From: a virus
DNA: 64,000 bases
Strand: one strand, 5' to 3'
Virus record (IMG/VR): IMGVR_UViG_3300024262_000019
Location: 1 to 64,000 of that record
In this document: piece after piece, positions 40,084-48,340 of the stretch
Numbering within the stretch: the stretch's first letter is position 1
Layout of the letters: each line of letters begins with the position of its first letter
Notes under the pieces: model-generated
The model's input: only the letters and a program-made list of their open reading frames with translations
What the model was told of the DNA's origin: nothing
Database searches by the model: none
Translations under genes and position numbers: made by a program

Positions 40084-41169
40084 TTAGTTCTCTCCCCTGG
40101 GGAGAGGACCGGCATTCAACTTCCGATTTCCTCTTTCTTGGAGCGCAATCTGATACTTCCGCTTGCAGCGGGTCTGAGGAATTGAATCTTGGTACAGCCA
40201 CTGCGCAAGCTCCCGTGAGTGCGCTGCCAACAATTCAATCCTATATCCTAGGAATTCTTTTTCGCCCAAAGTCGTCACATGACTATACAAACGAGGCTCC
40301 CAACCCTGATCTTCCAATTTTCCAATCAGAACGTTTACAAATTCAATACTCGAACATGCATAGTTAGCCCGCAGAGATCCGCCTCGACGCTCCCATCCCC
40401 CGTCGGCATCCCATATTCCTCTCAAAAAATGCGACAGATATATACCTGGAACATCAGGGAACTTCATCGTTGTAGCCTTGGCGCCACCCATACCAAAGCG
40501 ACTACCAAGCTCTCGAACCATTCTCCATGAAGACCACTTGAGGACCCAACAGTTGGCACCCTGGTTATGAGGAGCGGGGCCACGATCATGCTCGATGATC
40601 CTGGCTACTGACCTGCATACATCCTCGGTCCCCGCCAGACTAATCTGCCGCTGCCCAGTCCGATCGTCATCTCGAACGTGACCATCACCAAATAATAATC
40701 CGAGTACCCAGGCACTCTCTTGAGTCCACGTATGAAAGACATCTTCCTTCACACGCATATCTGGAGCCGTAATCTTGCCCCGCTCAACAGCAAGACGAAC
40801 ACCATCCGCTCGACCGCGAATGATCCCCATCTCACTCAGGTGTGTCCTGATCAGCCGACCATCACGTCCAATTGCCTTGGCAATATCGTTCGACGATGCG
40901 CCTGCCTCATACATCTCCTGTATTCTGGCATCATCCTCCACAGATATCGCATTGGAGCGATTCTTGGCCGCCTCACGACAAGATCTTGCTGGTATGCCAC
41001 GGCTCTTCAGCCATCCCCATACCGTACCTGGAGCACGGCCATAGAGCGCACCAAGCTGCACCAGACTGCGCTGTTCAACGACATACAGTCGATGAAGATC
41101 TTCCTTCGTTACTTCCGGCATGAGGTATACCCAATCTACAAGATTCCGAAGATTCATTCCACCGACCAT
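40084..41169 (-). mobile_element. free-standing LAGLIDADG homing endonuclease with N-terminal HTH-like repeats
   Basis: SAWVLGLLFGDG and HFLRGIWDADG motifs; inserted between chaperone and tape measure genes. Confidence 0.85.
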
Positions 41170-41189
41170 GCGATCGATAGTCTAGATAT

Positions 41190-41212
41190 GCGCAAGCGCT
41201 TGCGTTGCTAAC
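41190..41212. promoter_or_regulatory. palindromic repeat, copy 3, candidate operator
   Basis: GCGCAAGCGCTTGCGTTGCTAAC; spans the TAG of the chaperone extension and precedes the endonuclease gene. Confidence 0.6.
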
Positions 41213-41405
41213 GTCTTCTGGAGGCATCCCTCTCTTGTTGCCGACGCCTCTCGGCCTCAAGATCTGACTTCTTGATGATCATCCTCATGCGGCGAGAAGC
41301 TGGCATCTTCAAAATGGCTTCCTCGGAAAGCCCTCGCCAGCTCTCCATTAGAAAGAATATTTCTTCTTCCAATTCTTCAATGTTGCCGAGGGGTTGAAAA
41401 AACCC
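41208..41405 (-). CDS. -1 frameshift extension of the tail assembly chaperone (GT-like product)
   Basis: slippery G GGT TTT TTC at 41405-41396; the -1 frame reads QPLGNIEELEEEIFFLMESWRGLSEEAILKMPASRRMRMIIKK...RRR to TAG at 41208. Confidence 0.8.
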   Translation of the reverse strand, partial: GFFQPLGNIEELEEEIFFLMESWRGLSEEAILKMPASRRMRMIIKKSDLEAERRRQQERDASRRR

Positions 41406-42127
41406 TGCTGGGATATATCCAACTCCGTATCGTACTCGACACCGCAGCCAGGACAGTCGATCTTCACCTCCGTATCAACTCCACCCTCATGGTCCTCCCA
41501 TGCGCCGCGAAGGAAGTTTCGATCGATCAACGGTAACTCTTTCAGATCTGCCATAGTTACCGGCTTATCATCGATAGATTCAACCCTGGCAAAGATAGCC
41601 GAAGTAATGATGTCCTTGCCCCTTGTCGAAGCCTTGCCGATCGCATCCTCGCCACGACCATTGAGAACCTTCATCAATACCTGACTACCTGTCTTTGGTA
41701 GGGTAAGTGAGTAGGTCCTCACCATCGGGTTTGGCATCTTCTTGATCTCAAGGTCTGCCAAATCCAAAACAAACCTGGCGTCCTGTGAGCAAGTTGGACA
41801 CTTGGTCACGAATGGCATGTCGTTGCCAAGACTTGCTCTTCGTATGGCAATCAGAAGATAGATTCTGTCGCCCTGAACCAACTCAGGAATGATCTGCGAA
41901 ACGACAGGCCCGGACACTGTCCCAATCGACTCAGTACATCGACCAAGGATTGAATTGATCTTCTTGTTGCTAGGCATATTCCTGGCAGCAAGAATCTCCT
42001 CCTCCTCGCCAGTCATCTCCCTGACAGTCACAGAAGTGTGAAGGTTACCCTCCGAATCAAGGTAACCACATGGCAGCTCAAATGAGTCAACCGACGACTT
42101 TGCGTATTCCAATGCTGGATCAATCAT
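41348..42127 (-). CDS. tail assembly chaperone (T4 gp26-like, two CxxC motifs)
   Basis: FELPCGY, VREMTGEEEEIL, GDR.YLLI.IRR.S.G, CPTC, DRNFLR, GVDT...CPGC, C-terminal FF; lies before the tape measure gene. Confidence 0.8.
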   Translation of the reverse strand: MIDPALEYAKSSVDSFELPCGYLDSEGNLHTSVTVREMTGEEEEILAARNMPSNKKINSILGRCTESIGTVSGPVVSQIIPELVQGDRIYLLIAIRRASLGNDMPFVTKCPTCSQDARFVLDLADLEIKKMPNPMVRTYSLTLPKTGSQVLMKVLNGRGEDAIGKASTRGKDIITSAIFARVESIDDKPVTMADLKELPLIDRNFLRGAWEDHEGGVDTEVKIDCPGCGVEYDTELDISQQGFFNPSATLKNWKKKYSF

Positions 42128-42137
42128 GTATCACCTT

Positions 42138-42698
42138 CTAATGCTTGTCTTCGGGCTCGTACTCATCAATGGCGACCAATAGCAGCGCCTTTAGTGCATC
42201 CGTGTAGCTGAGCCCTCGATCTCTACACATTGACTTGAAAATCTCGTACTGCGAACCATCAACCCAACCATTAACCTTCACGGCGGAACCTGAATCCTGC
42301 CAATTCTGAAGATCTTCGTATAGTTCAGGCTGCGTTATGAACGATGCAATCATTGCCCTCATCAGGGCGGACACAGTTCCAAATCGTGACCCACTATGAA
42401 CGTATTTATGAACCACCTGATGAAGTGACTGGCTCATCAAAAAGTTCACCGGAGTCTTGTTGTCAATCCTGTGGGGAAGGACCCTTGCGCTATCGGCACG
42501 GAGACGACAGTCTCGACATACCGTCACTCCATTACTCACCCTGACATGCCCTCCTACGTCCGGTGGAACAACAAAGCATGCAGCGAGCTTGTTTGGGCTA
42601 GTACAGTTGACGCAGCACTCATCCCTGGCCAATACGGCTTGTTTCCAGTCCTTTAGAGACGAAACATCGGACATTGGTCCTTGCTTAGTATCATCCAT
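42138..42698 (-). CDS. degenerate HNH/Zn-finger fused to tandem ribbon-helix-helix-like domains; putative regulator
   Basis: GGAGGT RBS before ATG 42698; WK..VL.RD..C..C...GG....NG.T.C..C with no catalytic His; then PVNFLMS.SL....SALMR.MI and KVNGWVD...Y..FK..C..RGLSY. Confidence 0.55.
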   Translation of the reverse strand: MDDTKQGPMSDVSSLKDWKQAVLARDECCVNCTSPNKLAACFVVPPDVGGHVRVSNGVTVCRDCRLRADSARVLPHRIDNKTPVNFLMSQSLHQVVHKYVHSGSRFGTVSALMRAMIASFITQPELYEDLQNWQDSGSAVKVNGWVDGSQYEIFKSMCRDRGLSYTDALKALLLVAIDEYEPEDKH

Positions 42699-42823
42699 AT
42701 GAATACCTCCAGCTGGAAACCAGCCACCGTATTCACTTAGTACCTCCAATGATAGGTAAGATCAAGATCTCAAGATCACTTACGTGAAGAAACCTGGAAG
42801 TATTACTATGGGTAAGATCTTAT

Positions 42824-43042
42824 CTATTCGGATTTACTAGATTCGCTTATGTCAGATATGCCGACGATAAACTTGGCAATCCTTATGGCGTCCGCACTGC
42901 CGACGGCAGCAACGGTCCTTCTCTGAATGCTGCCACGCTCGGATATGACAAACAGAACGTTATTGTCTTCGAGTCTGATGACATCAAGGCTTGCATCGTC
43001 TCCGATTTCAACCTGCACAACCTGCTCTTTTTTACGAGGCAT
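42824..43042 (-). CDS. hypothetical protein
   Basis: 72-aa ORF with AGGTG RBS. Confidence 0.55.
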   Translation of the reverse strand: MPRKKEQVVQVEIGDDASLDVIRLEDNNVLFVISERGSIQRRTVAAVGSADAIRIAKFIVGISDISESSKSE

Positions 43043-43049
43043 ATGTCAC

Positions 43050-43772
43050 CTATGGTTTGATTCCCAAACTGAATTCTTCGATCATCTCTGGCTGTACTTC
43101 AAGTTCCATCAATGAAACCTGACCAGAGGCAGCATCGAAATCATTCCCAGACCTGTACCGAACTGGCAGGCAGTTGTGAAGCAACCATGCGCGAGCTGGT
43201 ACCCTCATAGCATGGCTAAAAGGACCGATACCAAGAGCAATACCAGCACTAGCTATACCGACCGATGACGCCGATCCGCCAAGTCCGCTGAGTGAAGCAA
43301 CCACGCCAGCAACGCCGGCAATACCAGCTACAGATGCGGCGATCTTAGGGTCATTACTTGGTTCAACATTTCCAATATTTATACTGGAGAAATGAACTAT
43401 CAGAAGGCTTCGTCTGGGACTCTGTGCTCTTCCTCCACCCTGAAGGAAGTTGGCAACTTTGGCAGCATCATTTTCGGATTCGAACTTCTTATCGCCGTGA
43501 AGCGTGAAGATGATCCAGCTATAAAAGTCAGCATCAAACATAGATGCCGCACGCTCAAAGAGAACAGGAGAAACTCGCCCACCCTTTACAACCCCACGGT
43601 TATAAAGAAAGGTTCCATCCTTGAAGGACTCTAACTCAACACCTATTTCCGGGGCAGATATCCTAGAAAATCCAAAGAGAGGATTGAAGATAGGAATGCC
43701 GCCGGACGATGTAGCATCAAATGCCCAGAAGTAATGATCCTGGAGGTAATCCGTGAATCTGCTTCTGGGCAC
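43050..43772 (-). CDS. tail tube protein paralogue 2 (gp19-like)
   Basis: DYLQ...F, GFS.IS.PEI..E...DG, ERA....D.DFY.W, AW.L.NCLP.RY....DFDA.SG.VS..ELE; hydrophobic Gly/Ala insertion. Confidence 0.8.
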   Translation of the reverse strand: MPRSRFTDYLQDHYFWAFDATSSGGIPIFNPLFGFSRISAPEIGVELESFKDGTFLYNRGVVKGGRVSPVLFERAASMFDADFYSWIIFTLHGDKKFESENDAAKVANFLQGGGRAQSPRRSLLIVHFSSINIGNVEPSNDPKIAASVAGIAGVAGVVASLSGLGGSASSVGIASAGIALGIGPFSHAMRVPARAWLLHNCLPVRYRSGNDFDAASGQVSLMELEVQPEMIEEFSLGIKP

Positions 43773-43804
43773 CTGTGTAGACTATCAGACCAACGTAAAT
43801 AGAA

Positions 43805-44380
43805 CTAGGGCGAGGCCGTACTTGCGCCGTGATCGTTGACTTCGAAGTACTCAATGGCCAGATCTAGTTCCTGAATCGAAACCTCACTAGCAGTCGCATC
43901 CAGATCTGAAGACACCTTGTGCCGAATAGGAAATGCCTGATGGCAGATATATTCGATAACACCATTGTCAGCAGGACCATGCTTGACAGCCTGCTCGGTA
44001 TTTGGGCTTGTCGATGATGTCTCTGGCTTGGAATCACGATGGAAGTGAAAGATACTAACAGTAGCTCGGTACTCGCTGTTGCCTTCGATAATATCCTTCA
44101 TCCAGGCCCAGAACGTGCCATCGGCCAATGCAACACCACGAGAGAGTGATACATCGCTGATGGATGGCATACCAACGTATTTCCTAGTGTAGATATAGTG
44201 CCCCTCGCGATACTCCACAGCGTCATGAGACGCCTCTGGTGTACTTACGGCATTGAATCCAGCACTAGGTTTCTCGGTACCAGTCTTAAGCTGACTGGTA
44301 GTTCCGGCGCCGAAGCCCTGTACTAGGACATGGAATCTAAAGTTATGTAGATAGTCACTGGACTTTGGTCTGCTAGCCAT
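43805..44380 (-). CDS. tail tube protein (gp19-like)
   Basis: DYL.NFRFHV, AGF..VS.PE.....VEYREG, K..G....DV.L.RGV, FW.W, AFP......DLDA..SEV.I.EL.LA.E. Confidence 0.9.
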   Translation of the reverse strand: MASRPKSSDYLHNFRFHVLVQGFGAGTTSQLKTGTEKPSAGFNAVSTPEASHDAVEYREGHYIYTRKYVGMPSISDVSLSRGVALADGTFWAWMKDIIEGNSEYRATVSIFHFHRDSKPETSSTSPNTEQAVKHGPADNGVIEYICHQAFPIRHKVSSDLDATASEVSIQELDLAIEYFEVNDHGASTASP

Positions 44381-44440
44381 TGGTATTCCTCAATTCTTTA
44401 CTGGATCTACTGTATCACGCTGGAAGTATCTAAGCTCGAC

Positions 44441-44923
44441 CTAGTAAGTCGCTTTCCAGCCACAGTCGTTAGTGAGTCCAGCGTCAGCCGTAGTCACGTC
44501 ATACACAAGATCGAAACCAAGATTGGTTACATTGAGAACCCATGTTGCACCGCGTGCGGCAGGGCCATCAGTCTTGTCCAATGTCAGAGTAACAACCGGA
44601 ATGACACCAGTGGGGAAAGGCTCTGGGTATACGACGCCTGTTGTAACAACTGCTACGGCGTTAACGTCGATCCCCGCCTCAAGACCATGCTGCTCCAATG
44701 GGATAGACATCAAGTCTACGTTGTCCGAAGACTGGACAGCGTCAACGCTGACGGTGCCAGCATCAACAAGAGACTTAAGACCACGCATGGAATCAAGCTC
44801 TGCTACAGATCTTTCGATCGTGATGGAATCGTTGGCAGCGCCAGCTGCACCAAGGACCACATAGGCTTCGGTGACAGGGGTGGCTACTGCGGCTAGGTTC
44901 GTTATCGTGACTGCTACACTCAT
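44441..44923 (-). CDS. putative virion structural protein
   Basis: 160 aa, AGGAG RBS, between sheath and tube; C-terminal H-lectin-like beta domain (YPEPF....P.V....NVT..GF). Confidence 0.6.
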   Translation of the reverse strand: MSVAVTITNLAAVATPVTEAYVVLGAAGAANDSITIERSVAELDSMRGLKSLVDAGTVSVDAVQSSDNVDLMSIPLEQHGLEAGIDVNAVAVVTTGVVYPEPFPTGVIPVVTLTLDKTDGPAARGATWVLNVTNLGFDLVYDVTTADAGLTNDCGWKATY

Positions 44924-44959
44924 GTTCTATCTCCTGTATCTGGTTTCAGTCCCTAGGAA

Positions 44960-47791
44960 CTAAGCCGTAAGGGTCTTTTGGCTAAATCTAAAGCGAATGA
45001 ATTCGCCAGGACGGTTTGGTGCGATGCCGATATCAACGATGACCTGCCCAAGGTTCGCAACCTCTGGAGGGTTATTGGTTCCATCGCAAATAACGAAGAA
45101 TGCCTGACTTGGCGAAGATCCGGCGAAGTGGCCAGTGCTGAACAGATTTGAAAGGAATCCATCGATGGACGTCTTTATCTGGGCATACAAGCTGGATGTG
45201 ATCGATTCGAATACGAATCCAAATGTTGAATTGAAGATCGACTTCTCAACAAACTGGAACAATCGAACAGCGTTGATGTACCTGAGTACGTCATTCGTTG
45301 AAGACATCGTCCTTACGCCCCAGACAGCTAGTCCAGTCTGAGTCGTATTGATCAATGGGTTGATTCGAACGGGGTAAACCGTATCCCTCTCACCCTTGTC
45401 TGGATCCTTCTCAAGACCAGTAAGGAACCTGAGAGCGCCATCTACTGTGCCGCCAGGTGCTTTACCAACATTCCTGGTCGAATCAGTCCTGGAGTAAATT
45501 CCAGCTACCCATCCGAACGGTGGAACGGTGAGGATTTTGGCAGCGTTAGTTGGATCTGTGACCCGAATCCATGGCCAATACATAGCCGCGAACTTCGTCT
45601 TCCTCGGGAAGGTAATGGTCTTGAAATCCTTTGCCTCCTGAGCGTCGAATCCTTTTGGAGTAGTAAAGATATTGAAAATATCCAAACGTCCTTCGGCGTA
45701 ATCGATTTGGTCACCCATGACAGTCGTATCGCCGGCAAAGTCCGGGATAATCAACTGCATGACTTCGTCGATCCGATCGAGGGCAAACATTCCCCTGCGA
45801 GCAGGCTGAAGAATTGGACTACTGAAGATAGTCCTGTCGAAAGTTCCACCACTTAGCGTTCCATCCGAGCCGCCGGTGAAGACATAGTCAACGCTGGTTG
45901 CGGATGGGGATGCGATGTAATCAACAGTAATGTCTGTAGCTGCAGCCGGTGCATTTGCTCCGGTCAGGAAGTTCAACACCCAGGCACCAGTCGAATTACT
46001 GATGGTGTTTGTCTTGGTGATATCAAGGCCGGTGCCAGTGACATTCCCGTTGACGTCAACAACAAGAGTCCTAAGCGGAAGACCAGACACAGCCTCGTAA
46101 GTTACGACCGCTGAAGTCTTAACTATCGAAGTGTTTGCCAGGGTTCCAGAGAATGCAGCTGTGGTTCCGTCGCCGGAATCCATAACCTCTGCCGTGACGG
46201 CAGTCCCTTTGAGAACAGATGGAACATCAAGAGCACCGGTATCCGTGATGGTCACGAAGTCCGAGTTATCGTTCATGATATCTGGGAAATACAGAGCATC
46301 TCCTGCATCATCGAATACGATCTCTTCGTATGTTTCCTTGACCTCATCTTCGCCGGTGAAGCCGCTAGTCAGGAGAACCGTCACGTCATACTTTGAGTAT
46401 GTTCCAGCGCCAGTGACTGCCTGGGTTCCAGATGTGAAATAGTTCTCGTTTCCTGAGATACGCAGCGTGAGACTGTCCGACCAGGAGCCTACGTTATCGG
46501 CGTCCATCTCCCACATGCAGTAGCTGTAATCAACGATTACATCGTTGCCGAGGAAGGGAAGATCCGTGCCGCCGGTAAAGGTTACGCTAATAGCTCCAGT
46601 GGCATAATCAACAGTTCCAGCGACACCGGTGCCACCAGCTGTGGTTGCGGTAAATACGCCAAGTCCATTGTCCGTAACCGTCTGCAGGGCACCGCCTGCT
46701 TCGTAGTCTGCGGTCATAGATAGGGCATCGGGACCGTTGTCGGTTCCAATGGTCCTGGCCGCAAACGTCATAGTCAGAACGCCAGTGTCTCGATCCAGTG
46801 AAGCTGAGGAGATACGAGCAGCATCGGCGCCACCAACAGTGGATACACCGGTGATAGTTGCCGTCTTAACATCGTTGTCCGTACCGCCGGACATGACAGC
46901 CGCGCCGAACGATGTCGTGCCACCGGTCGTAGTGGTAGCAAGCGCGTTGCCAGCCGTGCCACCCAGAAGGGCCCAAACATCTACCGTCGAACCAGGGGTA
47001 ACTACTGCTGCAGCAGCATCAGGGTTGACGACCGTGCCTGTTCCGTAGAGAGATCCAATACCAGTGCCAGCAGTAACGGCGGCAACCAGGTTATTTAGTG
47101 CAGTGGTGTCCGAGGCACCGATAAGGACGCTATTTGCGCCACCGAGCACCGTATTGAACGTGTACGTTACGCTGCCAATCGTGACAGTATCCGTATCCAC
47201 GATTGGACCACCAGACACCGTGAGCAGTTCGGTTGCCTGAATAGACTCTGTCCAGTTCAGGGTAACGAGTGCGTCTGTTAGGGGGAAGGCTGCAAGAGCC
47301 GCACTGACATGGGGACCAACAACGGCTTCGCCGATAGCTGGAGTGAATGTCATCGCTTCGCCTGTGGTTCCACCGGCTGGATCATTGCGCCAACCAACAA
47401 CAACCGACCCCTTGAACAGGGGAACATTGGCCATCGTAGCGCCAAGGGTAACGGTAGCGCCCGTACCAAGGCCAAGGGCCTCGGCTACAACTGGCTCAGT
47501 GACACAGGATTCACCTGCAACCGAGTCGGTTGGGACAACACGAACTACGTACGCCCTGGTCCCACCGTTGGCGAAGAATGCCTGTACGGTAATTGGGACA
47601 CGAGAGTCGTTCGTATACTCACCGAATGTACGAACAAAGTCGTCGTTGCTGGTTATCAGCTTGGCTACGTTGTCTGGACCTCTGCCGGTCCATCCCATTG
47701 TGGCCATTGTTGAGGTTCCAACTGCATCGACCTGTTGGCCGCTGACATTGACTTCCTCAATAAAAATACCCGGTGAAAGAAATTCAGCCAC
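44960..47791 (-). CDS. contractile tail sheath protein with nested inserted domains
   Basis: LSPGIFIEEV, FF.NGG.RAYVVRV, AAMYWPWI, PP.G.VAGI..RTD..R.V.KAP.G, INPL, VWG.RT, YIN..RL, FFV.CD..NN, IG.AP..P.EF. Confidence 0.95.
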   Translation of the reverse strand: MAEFLSPGIFIEEVNVSGQQVDAVGTSTMATMGWTGRGPDNVAKLITSNDDFVRTFGEYTNDSRVPITVQAFFANGGTRAYVVRVVPTDSVAGESCVTEPVVAEALGLGTGATVTLGATMANVPLFKGSVVVGWRNDPAGGTTGEAMTFTPAIGEAVVGPHVSAALAAFPLTDALVTLNWTESIQATELLTVSGGPIVDTDTVTIGSVTYTFNTVLGGANSVLIGASDTTALNNLVAAVTAGTGIGSLYGTGTVVNPDAAAAVVTPGSTVDVWALLGGTAGNALATTTTGGTTSFGAAVMSGGTDNDVKTATITGVSTVGGADAARISSASLDRDTGVLTMTFAARTIGTDNGPDALSMTADYEAGGALQTVTDNGLGVFTATTAGGTGVAGTVDYATGAISVTFTGGTDLPFLGNDVIVDYSYCMWEMDADNVGSWSDSLTLRISGNENYFTSGTQAVTGAGTYSKYDVTVLLTSGFTGEDEVKETYEEIVFDDAGDALYFPDIMNDNSDFVTITDTGALDVPSVLKGTAVTAEVMDSGDGTTAAFSGTLANTSIVKTSAVVTYEAVSGLPLRTLVVDVNGNVTGTGLDITKTNTISNSTGAWVLNFLTGANAPAAATDITVDYIASPSATSVDYVFTGGSDGTLSGGTFDRTIFSSPILQPARRGMFALDRIDEVMQLIIPDFAGDTTVMGDQIDYAEGRLDIFNIFTTPKGFDAQEAKDFKTITFPRKTKFAAMYWPWIRVTDPTNAAKILTVPPFGWVAGIYSRTDSTRNVGKAPGGTVDGALRFLTGLEKDPDKGERDTVYPVRINPLINTTQTGLAVWGVRTMSSTNDVLRYINAVRLFQFVEKSIFNSTFGFVFESITSSLYAQIKTSIDGFLSNLFSTGHFAGSSPSQAFFVICDGTNNPPEVANLGQVIVDIGIAPNRPGEFIRFRFSQKTLTA

Positions 47792-47835
47792 TATTGCCTC
47801 CTAGATGATCAAATTCAGAGGCCAGTAGATCAGCA

Positions 47836-48318
47836 TTAGTCCTTTCGCTTGAAAGTCCTTTTGCTTCTCTTTTTGGGTATCTCTGCGGCATCAGCCTTGG
47901 TCTGCTTGTTCGAATTACTCTGGGTATCTTTTTTCTGAATATCAGATTGTTTTTTTACGGCTTTTGCACTCTTTTTAGCCGGTTCGATACCCTGTGATTC
48001 GTTCGCGACCTTAACATGGCTTAGATGATGACTACTGGAAGTATCCAGATCTACTAAGCTAGGTACCGACGCAGGCTTGATTGGCAGATCTTCCTTTGTC
48101 TTTATTTTTACTGGAGCTGGCCTGGTCACACTGGACACTGCCACCACCGGATCTCCACCCCTATTAGCAAGCTTCCTCTCCCGTACAAGGTTCCAAACGT
48201 AAGCACTCATCTGCTCAGGCTTTACGTATGTCTTCTTCCTGGGTGGAAAATGAAGCAATGAGCCGTCAAATGCTTCGACTGCTTGTGTTTCAGGTGTCGG
48301 GTTGTAGATCCAAGGCAT
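47836..48318 (-). CDS. hypothetical protein (small N-terminal domain plus basic disordered tail)
   Basis: 160-aa ORF; GGAG RBS. Confidence 0.6.
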   Translation of the reverse strand: MPWIYNPTPETQAVEAFDGSLLHFPPRKKTYVKPEQMSAYVWNLVRERKLANRGGDPVVAVSSVTRPAPVKIKTKEDLPIKPASVPSLVDLDTSSSHHLSHVKVANESQGIEPAKKSAKAVKKQSDIQKKDTQSNSNKQTKADAAEIPKKRSKRTFKRKD

Positions 48319-48340
48319 CTTGTCACTCCATTTATATCTT

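Noticed and set aside
40084-41169. Group I intron around the LAGLIDADG ORFs (also 55858-56694)
   Set aside because: Flanking genes are intact and the flanks are too short to hold a ribozyme core.
30222-47791. Extracellular contractile injection system or tailocin, suggested by two tube genes, sheath, LysM-like, spike and gp25 genes
   Set aside because: Portal, protease, capsid and neck genes are contiguous with the tail module, so this is a complete phage virion locus.
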